Made by a program: the position numbers and the translations under genes
Part shown: positions 1 through 14,459 of the stretch, piece by piece
How the letters are laid out: each line of letters starts with the position of its first letter
How positions within the stretch are numbered: the first letter of the stretch is position 1
The notes under the pieces: generated by a model
What the model was told of the DNA's origin: nothing
Seen by the model: the letters and a program-made list of their open reading frames with translations, nothing else
Databases searched by the model: none
Assembly: GCF_018977255.1 (NCBI RefSeq)
Contig: NW_024704742.1
Span: 52,702,001 to 52,766,000, forward strand
Length of the DNA: 64,000 nt
Direction: 5' to 3'
From: Callorhinchus milii
Taxonomy: Eukaryota

Positions 1-68
1 TGAATTATCACTAGAATTTCTCTAAGGGCAGTACATTTTTCAGTTAGGGCAGTTGTCTATTGTCTTTA

Positions 69-425
69 ATAATAATAATCCTTGCATTTGATATAGTGCC
101 TTATAATAATAATAATAATAATCCTTGCATTTGATATAGCGCTTTTCACGTCGGGAGGACGTCCCAAAGCGCTTCACAGAATATACTGTAAAGTGAATTG
201 ACTGTATATTTGTGGGTGAACGCGGCAGCCAATTGTGCACAGCAATGTCCCACAAACAGTCGTGGATTGAAAATGACCAATTTATTATTGTTTTTGGTTT
301 TTGGAGGGATTATTATTAGGCGTGTGGACTAAGGAAACTTGCCCAAGGTTTCGCCCTGCCTGGAATTGAACTCAGGACTCTCACTTGCAAAGCGAGTGCT
401 CTAACCACTGAGCTACAGGACTCCA
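69..425 (-). mobile_element. Young tRNA-headed, L2-tailed SINE (short form)
   Basis: tRNA(Ala)-like head tggagtcctgtagctcagtggttagagcactcgctttgcaag...gagttcaattcc with A/B boxes; 3' end shared with L2; (TTA)n tail; extra tail copy at 69-102. Confidence 0.92.
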
Positions 426-1284
426 CAAATATCGACTCTTCTGGACGTCTCAAAGCGCTTTACAGAGTATACTGTAAAATTAATTGACTGTATATTTTGT
501 GGGTGAAATACGGCAGCCAATTGCCCACAGACGTGTCCCACAAACAGTTATGGATTCAAGTGAGCAATTTTTTTAGTTTTTTTTGAAGGAATTATTACAA
601 TCTGCTTAACAAAAAGGTTTACTTTAAATTGTAGTGAATTCTATATTGGAATAACATACAGGTAGTTAAAGTTTGTGATTTTCAAAGTGTTCCTTGTGTA
701 ATTTAAAGCTGGTATTTAATTAAAGCTGTAATTAAAGTTGGCAGCTCCTGTCAAAATGTGTGACTGTCCACCTTCTTGGGACGTCCTCCCGATGTGAAAG
801 GCGCTGTACAAATGTAATTTGTTGTTGTTGTTGGTATAAATGACCACTAGGTGGAAGTGAAGTACTCAGTAAATTGTGGCTCTTTCAGACAAGTTACTGC
901 TTTTGATTTCATTTTGAGCCAAAGTTAATATATTTTGTAAATTCTAGCTGCTAGAGTGGATGGTAACTAATCTTATGTTGTTAATTTTTNATTTCCTAGG
1001 CTCAATCAACTAGAGTAGTTGTGGCCAACTTATTTCATTGGCTACCAAAATCAATGTTTCTTGATTGAATATATCTTGATTTATGGTATAAATCTACACG
1101 ATTAATTTGCCATTCCCCTGGCTACATCATGAGGTTTGACTATATTTAAGATCATAGTTCTTGATTCTAAAGTTAATTTGGAGAGAGATATGACTAATGT
1201 TCATTGCTGATTAAGGAGTTCACAGACAGTTGCAGCTGAATTCACTCATTTTTTATATACCTTTTAATGTTAATGTTTTTATGC

Positions 1285-1644
1285 AATAATAATACTCCTT
1301 GCATGTCTTCAAGACATCTTAAAAGTGCTTCACAGAATATACAGTAAAGTGAATTGACTATATATTTGTGGGCAAAGCACAGCAGCCAATTGCGCACAGC
1401 AGGGTCCCACAAACAGTTTTGGAATTAATTGACCAATTTATTATTTTTTTTGAAGGAATTATTACCCCTGGAAAAGTGATCCATCAACCAACTAACAACC
1501 AAGTTCCTACTTATTGCTAGGTAAACAGAGGCGTGTGGAGTAAGGAAACTTGCCCAACATTTCGCCCTGCCGGGAATCAAACCCAAGTCTCTCGCTTGCT
1601 CTAGGCGAGTGCTCGTGCTCTAACCACTGAGCTACAAGACTCCA
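1285..1644 (-). mobile_element. tRNA-headed SINE (long form with ~60-bp internal segment)
   Basis: Same head and tail plus the ctgtttacctagcaataagtaggaac segment. Confidence 0.9.
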
Positions 1645-2431
1645 GTATACAAGTTACTAAGTAAACAAAACAATTTCAATATTTTGGGTTAGGCTTTTGG
1701 GACTTGCCTAAACAGGAACATGGATTTGGATTGTACAATGTACATAAAATTATGTTTGGTATTTAAGACAAGGTTGGTATTTCCATGATATTGCTCTCCT
1801 GGGAGACTTTGGGATATTCAGAATGGTATCAAATTTTTATTTATTTTTGATTATGCTAAACAGCATTATAAGCAAACTGAAAAACAGCTCGGTCAGTGAG
1901 TGATAACTTTCATTAATAAAGAGGATAATTTTTATGGGCCTGCATTCTTAATCTTCATTTTCAGATGCTGGAAATCAAGCTGGGAGCAGTGATTAATAGT
2001 AATAACTTTTGCATGAGAGTTGGTAGTGACAGCTGTGGTTTCGTATACTAACCATGATTTTGTGGTGCTCCTTTAACTAGACATTCATTTCTTTGTGATG
2101 TTACTGCAGCTTGAAATAGTCACTTTTGTGGTGCTCTGAATTATTTTTGTGTAAGACAATCCCTTTTAACTCAACCTAAGTAGGTATCTGGGGAAAGCAT
2201 CACTCAAATGCCATACTCCGTGCCTGGTAAAGATTGGAATTATATATAATAGTAATAATAATAATAATCCTTGCATTTGATATAGCGCCTTATCACGTCT
2301 TTGAGACATCTCAAGAATATACTGTAAAATGAATCGACTGTATATTTTGTGGGCGAAATGATGTGATCATCTCAAATGTGTCCAATTTTGCAGATTAGAT
2401 TCAATTGGATGCAGAAGCAAAGTATAAAATT

Positions 2432-2743
2432 AATAAATAAATAATCCTTGCATTTGATATAGCGCTTTTCACGTCTTCTTAACATTTCAAAGCGCTTTAC
2501 AGAATAGACTGTAAAGTGAATTGACCGTATATTTGTGGGCGAAACGCGGCAGCCAATTGCGCACAGCAGTGTCCCACAAACAGTCGTAGATTGAAAATGA
2601 CCAATTTATTATTTTTTTTTGGAGGGATTATCATTAGGAGTGTGGAGTAAGGAAACTTGCCCAAGGTTTCGCCCTGCCTGGAACTGAATCCAGGTGTCTC
2701 GCTTGCAAGGTGAGTGCTCTAACCACTGAGTTGCAGGACTACA
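2432..2743 (-). mobile_element. Young SINE (short form)
   Basis: Near-identical to 103-425. Confidence 0.92.
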
Positions 2744-2799
2744 AAATATGCATACAGTTAGAAGGATATGGAAAAACTGACAGAAAAATAGCAGATATG

Positions 2800-5462
2800 A
2801 ACAACAACAGCAAGATTCCATTTATAGAGCGCTTTTCACTTCGGGAGGACGTCCCAAAGCGCTGGACAGTTGGGTCAGGACCGAGCAGGGGGGAAATGGT
2901 CAGGGTGAGGGGAGGGAAGGGAGGGAGTGAGGAGGGGGGAAATGGTTAGGGTGAGGGGAGGGAAGGGAGGGAGCGAGGAGGGGGTAGAGAGTCGAGAGGG
3001 GAGCTGAAGGCACGGTCAAAGAGAAAGGTCTTGAGACCGGCCTTGAGTTCCAGAGCCTCGGGGCTGAGAGGCAGAAGGCCCGGCCACCGATGGTAGGGCG
3101 GTTGGGGCGGGGAATGTGAAGTAGACCGGAGCCAGAGGAAGGGAGGGTTCGGGCGGGTAGGTAGGGGAATAGTAGGTCAGAGAGGTAGGAGGGAGCGAGG
3201 ATGAGGATCTTGAATTCGATCCTCTGGGGGATGGGGAGCCAGTGGAGGCGAGCGAGGGTGGGAGTGATGTGGTCGCGAAGCCTGGTGCGGGACAGTACAC
3301 GAGCTGCAGAGTTCTGAATGACCTGCAGCTTGTGGAGGGAGGTGCCGGGAAGGCCGGCGAGGAGGGAGTTCCCATAGTCCAGCCTTGAGGTGATAAAGGC
3401 GTGGACCAGAGTTTCAGCCGCGTGAGGGGTGAGGTAGTGCCGTAGTCTGGCGATGTTCCGGAGGTGATGGAAGGCGGTGCCAGTTGTGGCGCAGATATGT
3501 GGAAGAAAGGACAGCTCAGGGTCGAACAGAACCCCGAGGTTCCTGACGGCTTTGAGAGGTGGAGAGTGCAGCCTTGGATGCTGATGTTGTCAGCGCCTGA
3601 GGTGCGGAGGCGCTGACGTGAGCCAATCAGGAGGGCCTCAGTTTTACGCACGTTGAGCTGAAGAAAGTTGTCTCTCGTCCAGGACTCGATGTCGGACAGG
3701 CAGCTGTCAGGACATCGGTGGTCGTGGAGTTGAGGGTAGAGGAGGAAAGGTAGAGTTGGGTGTCATCCGCATACATGTGGAAGTTAACCCCATGTCTGCG
3801 GATGATGTCACCAAGGGGGAGCATATAGAGGGTGAAGAGGAGGGGACCGAGGACAGAGCCCTGAGGGACACCGCACGAGACAGTGCGGGGGGTGGAGGAA
3901 AAGCCGTTTGTGGAAACAAAATGAAGACGGTGGGAGAGGTACGACCTAAACCACTCAAGGACAAGGCCTTGAAGGTTGAGGTGGGAGGACAAGCGGTGGA
4001 GGAGGATAGCATGGTCGACCGTATCGAATGCTGCCGATAGGTCGAGGAGGACGAGGAGGCAGAGGGAGCCCTGGTCGCAGATGGTCAAGATGTCATTGGT
4101 GACCTTGACCAGGGCAGTTTCTGTGCTATGGGCAGCACGGAAACCCGACTGAAGGGGTTCGAATAATGAATGGGTGGAGAGGAAAGAGCGCAGCTGGGAG
4201 GCGACAACTCGTTCAAGGACCTTGGACAGGAAGGGGAGGTTGGAGATGGGCCGGTAGCTTGATAGCTGCGACGCATCAAGGGAGGGTTTTTTCAAAGTGG
4301 GAGTGATGATGGCAGTTTTTAGGGGAATGGGAACAGAGCCAGAGGAGAGGGACAGGTTGATGATGTCTGTGATATGTGGGGCAAGGAGGTGGAGCTGAGA
4401 GATAAGGAGTGGAGTGGGGATGGGGTCAAGGGTGCAGGTGGTGGGTTTCAGGGATAGGATGAGTTTGGTGACAGAGGGTGGGGAAACGGGTACGAACGTG
4501 TGCAGGGGAGGATGGGTAGGAGTCGGAGTGTGGGAGGGAGGGGGTGGGGTGTGGGGGGTGGGTGGAAGTTGGAGGGGGAGTGACCGCAGAGCGGATTCCC
4601 TTGATTCTGGATTCAAGGAAATCCAGCATCTCCTTGCAGTGAAGGCTGGAGGAGATGACCTGCGCGGGGTGGCGGGGGGGACGGAGGAGTTGGGATGTGG
4701 TAGAAAACAGAAGCCTGGGTTTGTTCTTCGCCTCCAGGATTATCCTGGAGTAGAAGGACGACTTGGCCGAGGCTAGAGTGGAGCGGTAGATTTTGAGGAG
4801 GTCAAGTCAGATTTGTCGGTGGACCGTTAGGCCAGATTTGAGGCAGGTGTGTTCAGCGGCCCACACCTGGCTCTTCAGTGAGCGGAGGTGGGTGGTGAAC
4901 CAGGGGGAGGAGCGAGAGTAGGAGACAGTTCGGGAGGTGATGGGGGCAAGAGTGTCGAATGTAGAGGAGAGGGTGTTGTGGAGGAGGGTGAGAGGAGAAG
5001 AGGGGTCAGTAAGGGTTGAAGGCCAGAGGGAGAGGAGTTCAGAGGACTCCAAGGCAGCGGTTAGGTATTGTGGGGGTAACTTCTTCCAGGGGCGGTAGAA
5101 GATGGTGGTGGGTCTGGTGGAGGTAGGGAGGGAGGTGGATGTGGTGAATGAGATGAAGTGGTGATCGGAGACGGCCTTGTCGGTAATGGTGACATCCGAG
5201 ACACTGAGGCCCCAGGTGATCACCAAATCGAGTGGGTGGCCATGACTGTGAGTGGGGGAGTTGATGTGGAGGGAGAGGTTGAGAGAGGAGAGCAGGGAAG
5301 AGAAGTCCGAGGAGATGGAGCAGGAGGGGGTGAAGTGCAGGTTGAAGTCGCCCAGGATGATGAGGCGATCAGAGCTGAGGCAGAGAGATGTAAGTAATGT
5401 AGAAATATCAGAGATGAAGGTGGGAGAGGTTTTAGGGGGCCGGTAGAGGAGGAGGATTTTGA
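2800..5462 (-). mobile_element. L2-clade LINE, 5'-truncated, ORF2 disrupted (partial endonuclease plus reverse transcriptase)
   Basis: ORFs contain LYRPP, IILGDFN, GHPLDLV (APE) and [47 protein letters not shown] (RT); (GTT)n tail; frameshifts. Confidence 0.97.
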
Positions 5463-8400
5463 GTGAGCAAAAGCAAAAGAAAGGATAGAATATATAATAA
5501 TTAAGCATGCTTAATGTATCAAAGCAGAGGATAGACTTGATAAAGACATTACGATTATAAAAGGTTCAGAAAATTTGGATGCAAATAAATTGTTCTGCCA
5601 GATACAAAACTCAAAACAAAGAGACATAACTTCAAAATAAAGACAAAAGAGAATAGAAAAATCAATAAATGTATTCTTTAATAAAATGGAGAAAACCATG
5701 TAACACAACAACAACTTCCATTTACATAGCGCTCTTTGCACGGGGTAGGGTCCCAGAGCGCTACACAGACTGTGATACGGAACAAGACACTACAAAGGGT
5801 TTAAAGTAGAGCTAGAGAAGTTTTTATAAACTAACACAACAACAAATTATATTTATAGCGTGCCTTTCACATTGGAAGGACGTCCCAAGGCATTGAAACA
5901 TGATCCAGGGATGAAAGGAAGACTAGTTTAGATTGGCGTAACATGATTAAATTGTAAATTGAGACATATAGAAGAATGCAAATACTGTACATTTGTAAGT
6001 GAAAAGCAAACAGTTTGAATAAGGTTTGGAAGCAAAACACAATATAGGAAAGTGTACAATTCTGATGAAAGCTCACACCCAAAACATTAACATATCTTTC
6101 ATTTTTGCTGCTGATTTACCTGTTCTCCACTTTCAGTTTTATTTCAGATTTTCAGTGATCGCAGTGTTTCTGTTTTATTCCTATGCAGAAGACACTTTAC
6201 CGACTTCAGTCTTTATGCTCTATCCTCTCACAGGAGCAATGCACGGATAATAATTCTGCATCAGCATCACCTACTATTCAGCCCATCTATGCCAGTGCTA
6301 CTCCTAGCCCCTCGATGTTGCTATCTACCCTGATCCCTGCTCTTTTCCAGTACCCTTTTATATTGTTCATCTTCATATACTTATTCAATTCCCTTCCGAA
6401 TATTATCATCAGACTTACAGCCATTTAATTTGTCTCTAAGTGTGATTGAAATTGGCAGTACCTCACATAGACAAGGCAAAATGAGATATTGTACTTTAAA
6501 CAATACAGCAACATGGTTTTGTATTAATGGGAGAAATTTATCTCATTGCAGTTTATTTTTCAGGATGGAATAATTTCTGTGTTCTTTTCATTCTCTGTCC
6601 TAATATGTCATTTGATGTAAAATCTATGATCATTATCCATGATTTCCTCCCAACTTGAAAAGCACTATATAAATGCAATTTGTTGTTGTATTGTATGGAG
6701 TTTATACTCCTGAGACCTAAGAATTACAAACATTTATTTAAATTTGTAAGATCAGTGCTTATTTGAAAAGATAGGCTAGTGCTTTATTAAGGTGATGCTT
6801 CTAATGTAGCACAAGGGCGATTATTGCCAGTAATAATTAAGAAATTGAATGCTTTTAGGAATACAACAGTATTTCACTGGGCAGAGCTCAGAGATAAGTG
6901 GTTGCCAAACACTTTACATACCCCACTTCAGCAGGTTTTATTGTTGACATGATCTTTTGACAATCTGCAGATGTAAGATTTTACCAAGTATAATTCAGTG
7001 TTCAATTAAGAACCAAAGTTAAGCAATCTCATGGTAGGAATACGTTCACCTGAATTCTGGTAATCTATTTGAAAAGGGAGCTACAGTATTCTGGTTGTTC
7101 ATTTGTTTGATGTCCGATAATCCAATGGGGAGAGGTGTATTGTACAAAAAATCCCTATTTTAACCATCAACAAAGTCATTTTTTCAAGTTTGGTAAAGTT
7201 GTCTTTTTGAATTTGTGAAGCAAACGTTTGCATAGATTGTGTCAATTGGTTGTTACCAACAATATATAAATGCTTCATCAGCATTTTGTTACACAAAGGA
7301 CATCATTAAGTTCAAACTATTTTGGCTAACTGAGGACTTAAAATGTCATGGCCTTTTCAACATAAGAAGGGTACCAAGGGATTATCAACAGTCAATGATC
7401 CAACCTATTTTTGAGCAAGTTTAATGTGATATTTCCAATTTATGTTATTAGGATTCCCATTGTTCAATTTAATAACTGTATTTAGGAAGATACTGCTAAT
7501 CGTGCTCAAAACTAATTTTCATAATTGTGGACAAATATCAAATTATTTACCTAATATATACTGAAGATATTGACTTTATTTTGCTAACTGCTAAATCAAT
7601 TCTAAATCCCCTTTTGTTAGGTTTAGTAACTGTTATAGTGAGACAGATAATAAAGGCACATAGAGACAGAATTGATTCATGAATCAAACAGGTTATTAAC
7701 ATACAGGGAAATCTCCAGTGGTCCTAACAGAGATATACAAGCCTTGCTACCTCTAACATGCCCAAAGAGGTGAAGGCAGTTTCTTGCAAAACCTCTTAAA
7801 ACTGTTGTCACTCACAAGTTCTCTTACACCGATACACAGTACACACGCCTCTACCAATCTCCAAACATCTTCTCCACCATGTTTTCTGTGAAAGCCTGAT
7901 CGAACATGGGATCTTCTTCGAGATTAGAGCTGAGAGACTTGAAGGATATGGATAATTTACCTGCTCCTCCCACGACAGAGGACCGGATGACTATTTGGAA
8001 GGGGAACAAAGAAAAGAACGTCATAGGGCTAGCTCCAAACCAGATCCCAATTCCAAAATGATGCAGATTTGCTCCAATTTAAATACTTTAGCCTTGAAAT
8101 TGGTTGTGGTCGTGCAGAGGGTAGAAATGTCTTTCGAATTGTGAGTTCCAAGAGGTCTTGTTGAACAAGCCAGTTTATTTGCATAAAGGCTCCTGTATAG
8201 CATCGAATGGCTGGTGCCAGAATCGATTATTATGGAGGGCCTCACTGCGCCCCTCGCTTCAGTCCAGCGCAGGAGGTCACAGTGAGTTATCAGGAGTTTG
8301 CTGTAATACCGAAGCTGAAAACATGTGATTGATCAAAAACTAATCACTCTGCCGAGGGCATGCTCGTTCAATCCATAATATAGACATGAAAAATGCATAA

Positions 8401-9404
8401 TGTGCGTAATATCACATCCAAACCTCACATATTTCATCCCAATATTGTGACTGATTTTGGCTTTGTGTTTTATTGTAAACAAAACTAGTTCTATAATCAG
8501 TAAATTTATGCTCTAATATGTTGATATTTGCAGAGAGTGTAATAAAAGAACAAGTTAAAATCCATCAATTGGTGTAGAGCAACAAAAGATCATTGATCAA
8601 TACTCTTTAATTCATTCTCAGCGTTCTTGCTTTTCAAATTTTTTTTGCTGTTTCATTAGTTTATGTAAACTTTGCAGTTGTTTATGATGGAAGTTGTTCA
8701 TAACAACTTCACATGGGAAATAAAATCTCCATCCAATAAGCAGAAGAACATCACTGCATCCCATGAGAATTCTACTCCAGAAGGAGATTGCATCAGAGTG
8801 AAATTGCCATTAGTCAGAAGAATATAATTTGCTTATGGAAGGAGTCGCTAATCGCAAATCCGAGTCCATTACTAATATCTACAATTTAAACCAAATTATC
8901 CTAAAGGATTCATTAATATAATTAATATAAATGTCTGTGATGGTCAAAGGAATACAACCTGATACACATCTGATAAGTTTTCCACATTAATGTTTGATTC
9001 ATATCGGAAACATTTTAGTTGAAGTTAATGCAGTCAGACACAAGTGATTTCTATGATTAACCATTTTAGAAAACAAATGTTAATGATCACAAATTTCTGT
9101 TATTTTCCACTGTTAACAAATAAATGTTCCTGCAATCAATATCATTTGTTTATTGGCTTTGATAAATAAATATCTGCATATAGCCTTATAAAAAGAGGGG
9201 ATCAAGTTATGCTAGCCTGATGGAAACCAGATATTTTGCTTGATCCAGACTCTTGCCTCTCTCCAACTCTTGAATTGGTTGCAGCTCCAGACGTGCTCCC
9301 TACTTTTAGTCTTCCAAGGTGTCATGCAGAAAGTTATGGGCTCAAGCTATCTTGGGGATCTTTGAACATACATTTGAACAGTCTAGGTTGACAATACAAT
9401 GCAC

Positions 9405-9912
9405 TGCTGAAGGAGTGTTGCATTAATAATAATCCTTGCATTCGATATAGCACTTGATGTGAGCCTTTTCCTGAGCATAACATGAATAGCGCACAGCTGT
9501 GCCCCACAAACAGTCGTTAATTGAGTGACCAAATTAGTATTATTTTAAAGAAATTATTACTCCCGGAAAGCGATCCGGCAATCGACTTACAACCAAGTTC
9601 CTACTTATTGTTAGGTAAACAGAGGCATATGTCATAAGAAACCTTGCTGTAAGTGTTGCCCTTTGGATGAGATGTTAAAATCAAGGTCCTGTCTGCCTGT
9701 GGTACTATTCAAAAACAGAAGGGAATCTCTCCCAGTGTCTTGGCCAACAATACCCGAGATCAAATTAGTAATTGTCAGGCATTACTGTTTGACAATTGTT
9801 GCGTTCACCTACAAATTCACAGCTACCATACTTCACAGGATCAACTTGTGAAGCAATCTGAGTCTCGATGACATGAAAAGGCATGATATCAAATGAAAGG
9901 ATTATTATTATT
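9405..9912. mobile_element. Composite: Deu SINE (+) interrupted by a long-form SINE piece (-)
   Basis: Deu core split at about 9423 and 9655 around a minus-strand SINE fragment. Confidence 0.65.
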
Positions 9913-12347
9913 TTTAGTCCTTTTTCTTTATTTTCCCCCTTGTTTGTCACTTTTTTCTCCCTATTATGGAAAATACGATTCCATGGAGGTGATTCCATCA
10001 CAACATCAACAATGTTTATTTTGTTGGACCATTCATGTAGAGTCCTATCTATTTTCCATTTCACTATATTTGTTATCTTGCATTTGATATAGCATTTGAT
10101 ATAAGCTGATATCAAACCAGCAACTGGTAAATACTCTTGTTATCCTATGAAGTCCGATACAAGCAATAGCAGTACAATCACCAGTATAATTGTCATGGAT
10201 TTATGAAAAACTGTATTACAAACTTCTAGTGTGCTCGGGGAATAGATATTTTGACACTGTGCCATCTTTAGTGAAATTGAGATTGGATCAAACTCGGACC
10301 TACAATTGGCATTAATTGCATAAATTTGCTATTAATTCAGTGAGTACTATTCTCTGATTTGGTCCTGGTTTCAATTGCACATCCTCTGGTTTACTTTTCA
10401 TGCTTAGACAAATTCAACAGCAGTACATTAAGCTAAGTACAACTTGCATAAAATGCCATGTTCACTCAGTTGCTCTATTCAATGGTAAGTCTAGATATTC
10501 ACCACTGACCACCTACAAAGAACTAATATCATTAAATCTTCTAACTAGGTAAACTTGGTAATGATGCTACATTTCTTCTTTACTTTAAAGAAATTCTCTC
10601 TGAAACAAAGTGACAGTCTAAAGAAATTGGGCCTTAGGGCCAGTTTTAGGAAGAGTTATTTTTGGGCTGAATCCATATCTTGTGTATAATGAAAATAAAT
10701 TTGACACATGATAATTCTTTAATGTACTTGTGATTCCTGTAATATTATTATTAATATGAATTATGTTATTCTGCTTCATAGAATTTTGTATTAAATGTTG
10801 ATTAGTTACTAATGGGTTAGAAATTATATGTAAACCATACATACTCCTGTCAAAAGTATAGTATATCTCCTGCACCTGCAGGTAGCAGTAAGTTTAATCA
10901 GGAACTACATATTAATGAGTGTCTTGACTCAACATGATAACTTACTAAAGGAATACTGTAGTTGATGAAAATTATTGCTTTCCGTTCACTTCGAAAATAG
11001 ATACAATATTGACTACACTAATGAGAAGCGCTAATGTTTCTTGAAAATTTCAAGGCTTTGAAAACCTTAGAGAATAGAGCTTTCATCGTCATTTCAGGTC
11101 CCACTCTCAAACATAATACAACTTTATCTATGATAGTGCTTCTTAACTAACATTAACTAATATTGATTTTGCAAAAGGCATGAAATAGAGATCCAGCTAC
11201 TGCCTTTAACCTCCTCAAGTTATTTATGTTAATGCATTTGACAATAGCATAAACAACAGTTCTGAACCAAACTTGAGCAACTTAAATATCTGCATTCAAT
11301 GTTAATTATTTCTGGTTATAATTATCTCAATTTTCACAACATCAACCATCCTTCCAGGTAAGCCATTCCAGTCATTAATTATCTTCCAGGTAAAAAAAGA
11401 TGTCTTGGTGTCTGTCCTGAAATTAAATTGATATTACACAAATCAGTTCTGAATTGCTGAGATCTGTGAGTGTTAGGTTCAGACCACCCATGGATCCCAG
11501 GCTGCCTCCATGGCTCCTCCAGCTTGGTCTGTCCAAAATGTTGGGAAGGTTTATTCATCAAAAGTACTACTAACAATTTTAGATGAGAGATCCTTGACCC
11601 TTATCATGACCACAAGCATTTTATAACAATGCCTCATCATATATAAAAGCATGCATGGTCCACTTTATGTGGAGCTAGATATATAACACAATGGAATAAG
11701 CTCAGTAATTAGTAAATTAATACTGCAGGCAGTGCTTGCAAAGCAAAATCTCAATGTAATATCTAAAAAATAAGGATTTAAGAGTGAAGTGCCCTTTGAA
11801 TGAAATTGGTGCATTTGAGTTGAGATGCATTTCAGTAAGTCATTTATTGAGTCATTCTCTAAAAATGTCAGGATAAATGTGGATGATATTGTCTTGTTGT
11901 CATTACAGATATGACAAATATATCTGTTTCCTGACATCCGTCACATTTATGCTAGAAAGGTTCTCCTTATTCGCCAAAAGTGCATCAGAACAGATTTTCA
12001 TATTGATGAAATTCTACTCATTTTTTCTCAGTGCAATGGATTAAAAAATGTCAGTTGAACATCCACACAGCTGTGCTGAAATTGAACAGCTGGAACTCAA
12101 ATAGAAATAAGGGTAAAGTCCAGAAATTCACTATAAAATCTAATCTTTTGTAAAGAGTTGTTGTCCTTCCTAATGATCTCATTCGAAGATAAAACACATT
12201 TGTGTTACAATGTAATAGGATCCTATCAAAAGTTATTTTAGAAAAGATTCAAAAAATCACTCTAGTTAGTTCTTCAAAGATGGTAACCCTCTCCAATAAC
12301 CCTCTGATATCATAGCTGCTCTACTTCACCTTTATATCTCTTCTAGT

Positions 12348-12695
12348 GTGTCAGCCTGCCTCAGTTGGTTGTGGGTTCAATCCCCACGTCGGGACATGAA
12401 CCCATATAGACTAAGATGTTGGAGGTGCTGTTCTTCGAATGGGATGCAAAACCGAGGCCCTGTTCCAGTAGACATTAAAGATCCCATGACGCTACTTGAA
12501 AAGAGAAGGGTTATTCTCCTACTATACTGGCTAACAATCCACTGATAAAACTGGTCATTCACTTCATGGCTGTTTATGCACAAATTGGCTGCTATGCTTG
12601 CCCGGAAAACACATCGTCACTTTACTTTATTGTATATAGCGTTGTAACTCTGTCCTGACATGAAAGATGCTATACCAAATGTAAAGATTATTATT
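12348..12695 (+). mobile_element. Deu-domain SINE (internally deleted)
   Basis: Head, Deu core and tail recognisable. Confidence 0.75.
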
Positions 12696-14044
12696 GCCTT
12701 GGGGGTGACGTCCTATTCCAAACTCACACTGCTAACCCCTGTGGTGAATTTTCTGCTTTATGAAGGATTTTGAACAAATCACTTACTATTCCCTGAGGCC
12801 ATGTGAATTCCTTTTTAGATGCATCATCGCCTTTTCACTGTGCTTTGGACCATTGAGAATTAAATTCAACTTCTCTTTACAACCCTTCTGAAATTGTTCA
12901 TCAAATTCCAAATTAGTGACTCCTTTGGAGATTATAATCCAGACATAGATTCAAGTCTCTGCAGTTGATATGGTAGATTTCCAAATTGATTGCCCAGAAC
13001 ATATTATAGTAGTTTGTTGAAATGTGTTTCTCAGATCCATTTGACACACTTATCACTTATCACTTCATGAAATTATATCACATCCAATAGCACCCTTTTA
13101 TATACATTCGCATATATCAAATATCTTGCTGGGGGGATCATCATAAAGACACCAACTAACTTCTAATAGATTGTCTTAATTTACTTCTGGCTTTAAAATG
13201 CCTTTTATTGGAATTTACAATGTACTTGCTTGGGCAGGAAATAGTACATTACTGTCTGAAAAGCCTGAATATGTAAAGGTCAGATTTTCACCCTCCTCAG
13301 AGTTCTTAAACATCGTGTTTTCATTCTGTCAACTAGTCCTATCAATAAGTTCTGTTTACTGCCAACTGCAGTGCTCAGTATTTCATTCCAACTGGCTGAT
13401 ATTTCATTCCATGTTACAGATAATTCATACAGATTGATTTATATTTTCTCATTTTGCCTGCATACTTATTCATTCCCATTGCAAAATATTGAATATTTAG
13501 AATATTTTTATTTTGTTGTGATTTTTCTGTTTTTCATCGGTCACCTTATTCAAGCACCGTTGCACAAACAAACACTTTCAAAACGTCAATTTCTGTCAAT
13601 TCTGTGGTTGCAGCTTATTCTCAGAGACAGCATTGACCTTATTAGTATGGTGGAATGTCATGGAAAGATTTAAAGTGCTTTCATTATGTCAATCCTTTTG
13701 CTATGGGATTTATGTGATGAGATTGGAGGACAGTTCATTAAAGTCAGAACAGTATCAGTTAAAGGAACTTTCAGCTTGCTGAGGGAAGTCACTTCTCTGA
13801 TTGATGCTCCAGTTAGGACTTGTACTTATTAAACTTTTGTAATTAGAAATTTCAGTTGAGATCAGATCAACATGTTACCAAAAACCACAAAACTGGACAG
13901 CAGCCTCCCCTCGAGGGAACCAGAATTTCCCCAAGTTTTAAGACTTTGTCTTGAACACAGACTGTTCAACACTTTTATCTCAATATACTTCAATTTAGCA
14001 GGACACAATATATTGCAGGAAACTGCCTGAATTGGGTAATATGT

Positions 14045-14459
14045 GTATCAACCTAGTTCCCTTCGTAGGACTCTCACCACTGGGTCAGAAGGGGACGTCG
14101 GGTCTTGGAACCTGTATATTCTATGTGGATACTACAAAGCAGTGCTAGGGCTGTGCTGCATTGTTGGAGGTGCTGTCCTTCGATGAGATGTTAAACCGAG
14201 GCCCTATCTGCCTGTTTAGGTGGACAGACACTATTCGAAAAGGGAAGGGAGTTTCTTACCGGTGTCCTGGCCAATAATTCCCCAAATAAATTTGGCCACT
14301 AACTCCATGGCTATTTGTGGAGCATTGCAAATTGGCTACCGTGTTCACCCACATACACACAGTCATATGGCTTTGCAGTATATCCTGAGAAGTGCTTTGA
14401 GATGTCTCAACAACATAAGGTACATCAAATGCATATCAAATGCAAGGATTATTATTATA
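14045..14459 (+). mobile_element. Deu-domain SINE
   Basis: Deu core at 14150-14280 and tail. Confidence 0.8.

Noticed and set aside
40..255. Recurrent short ORFs such as [16 protein letters not shown]... (also 50286, 54835, 55915)
   Set aside because: Translations of SINE bodies and (TTA)n tails, not genes.
350..425. tRNA-Ala-like sequence
   Set aside because: SINE head with no proper acceptor stem; not a tRNA gene.
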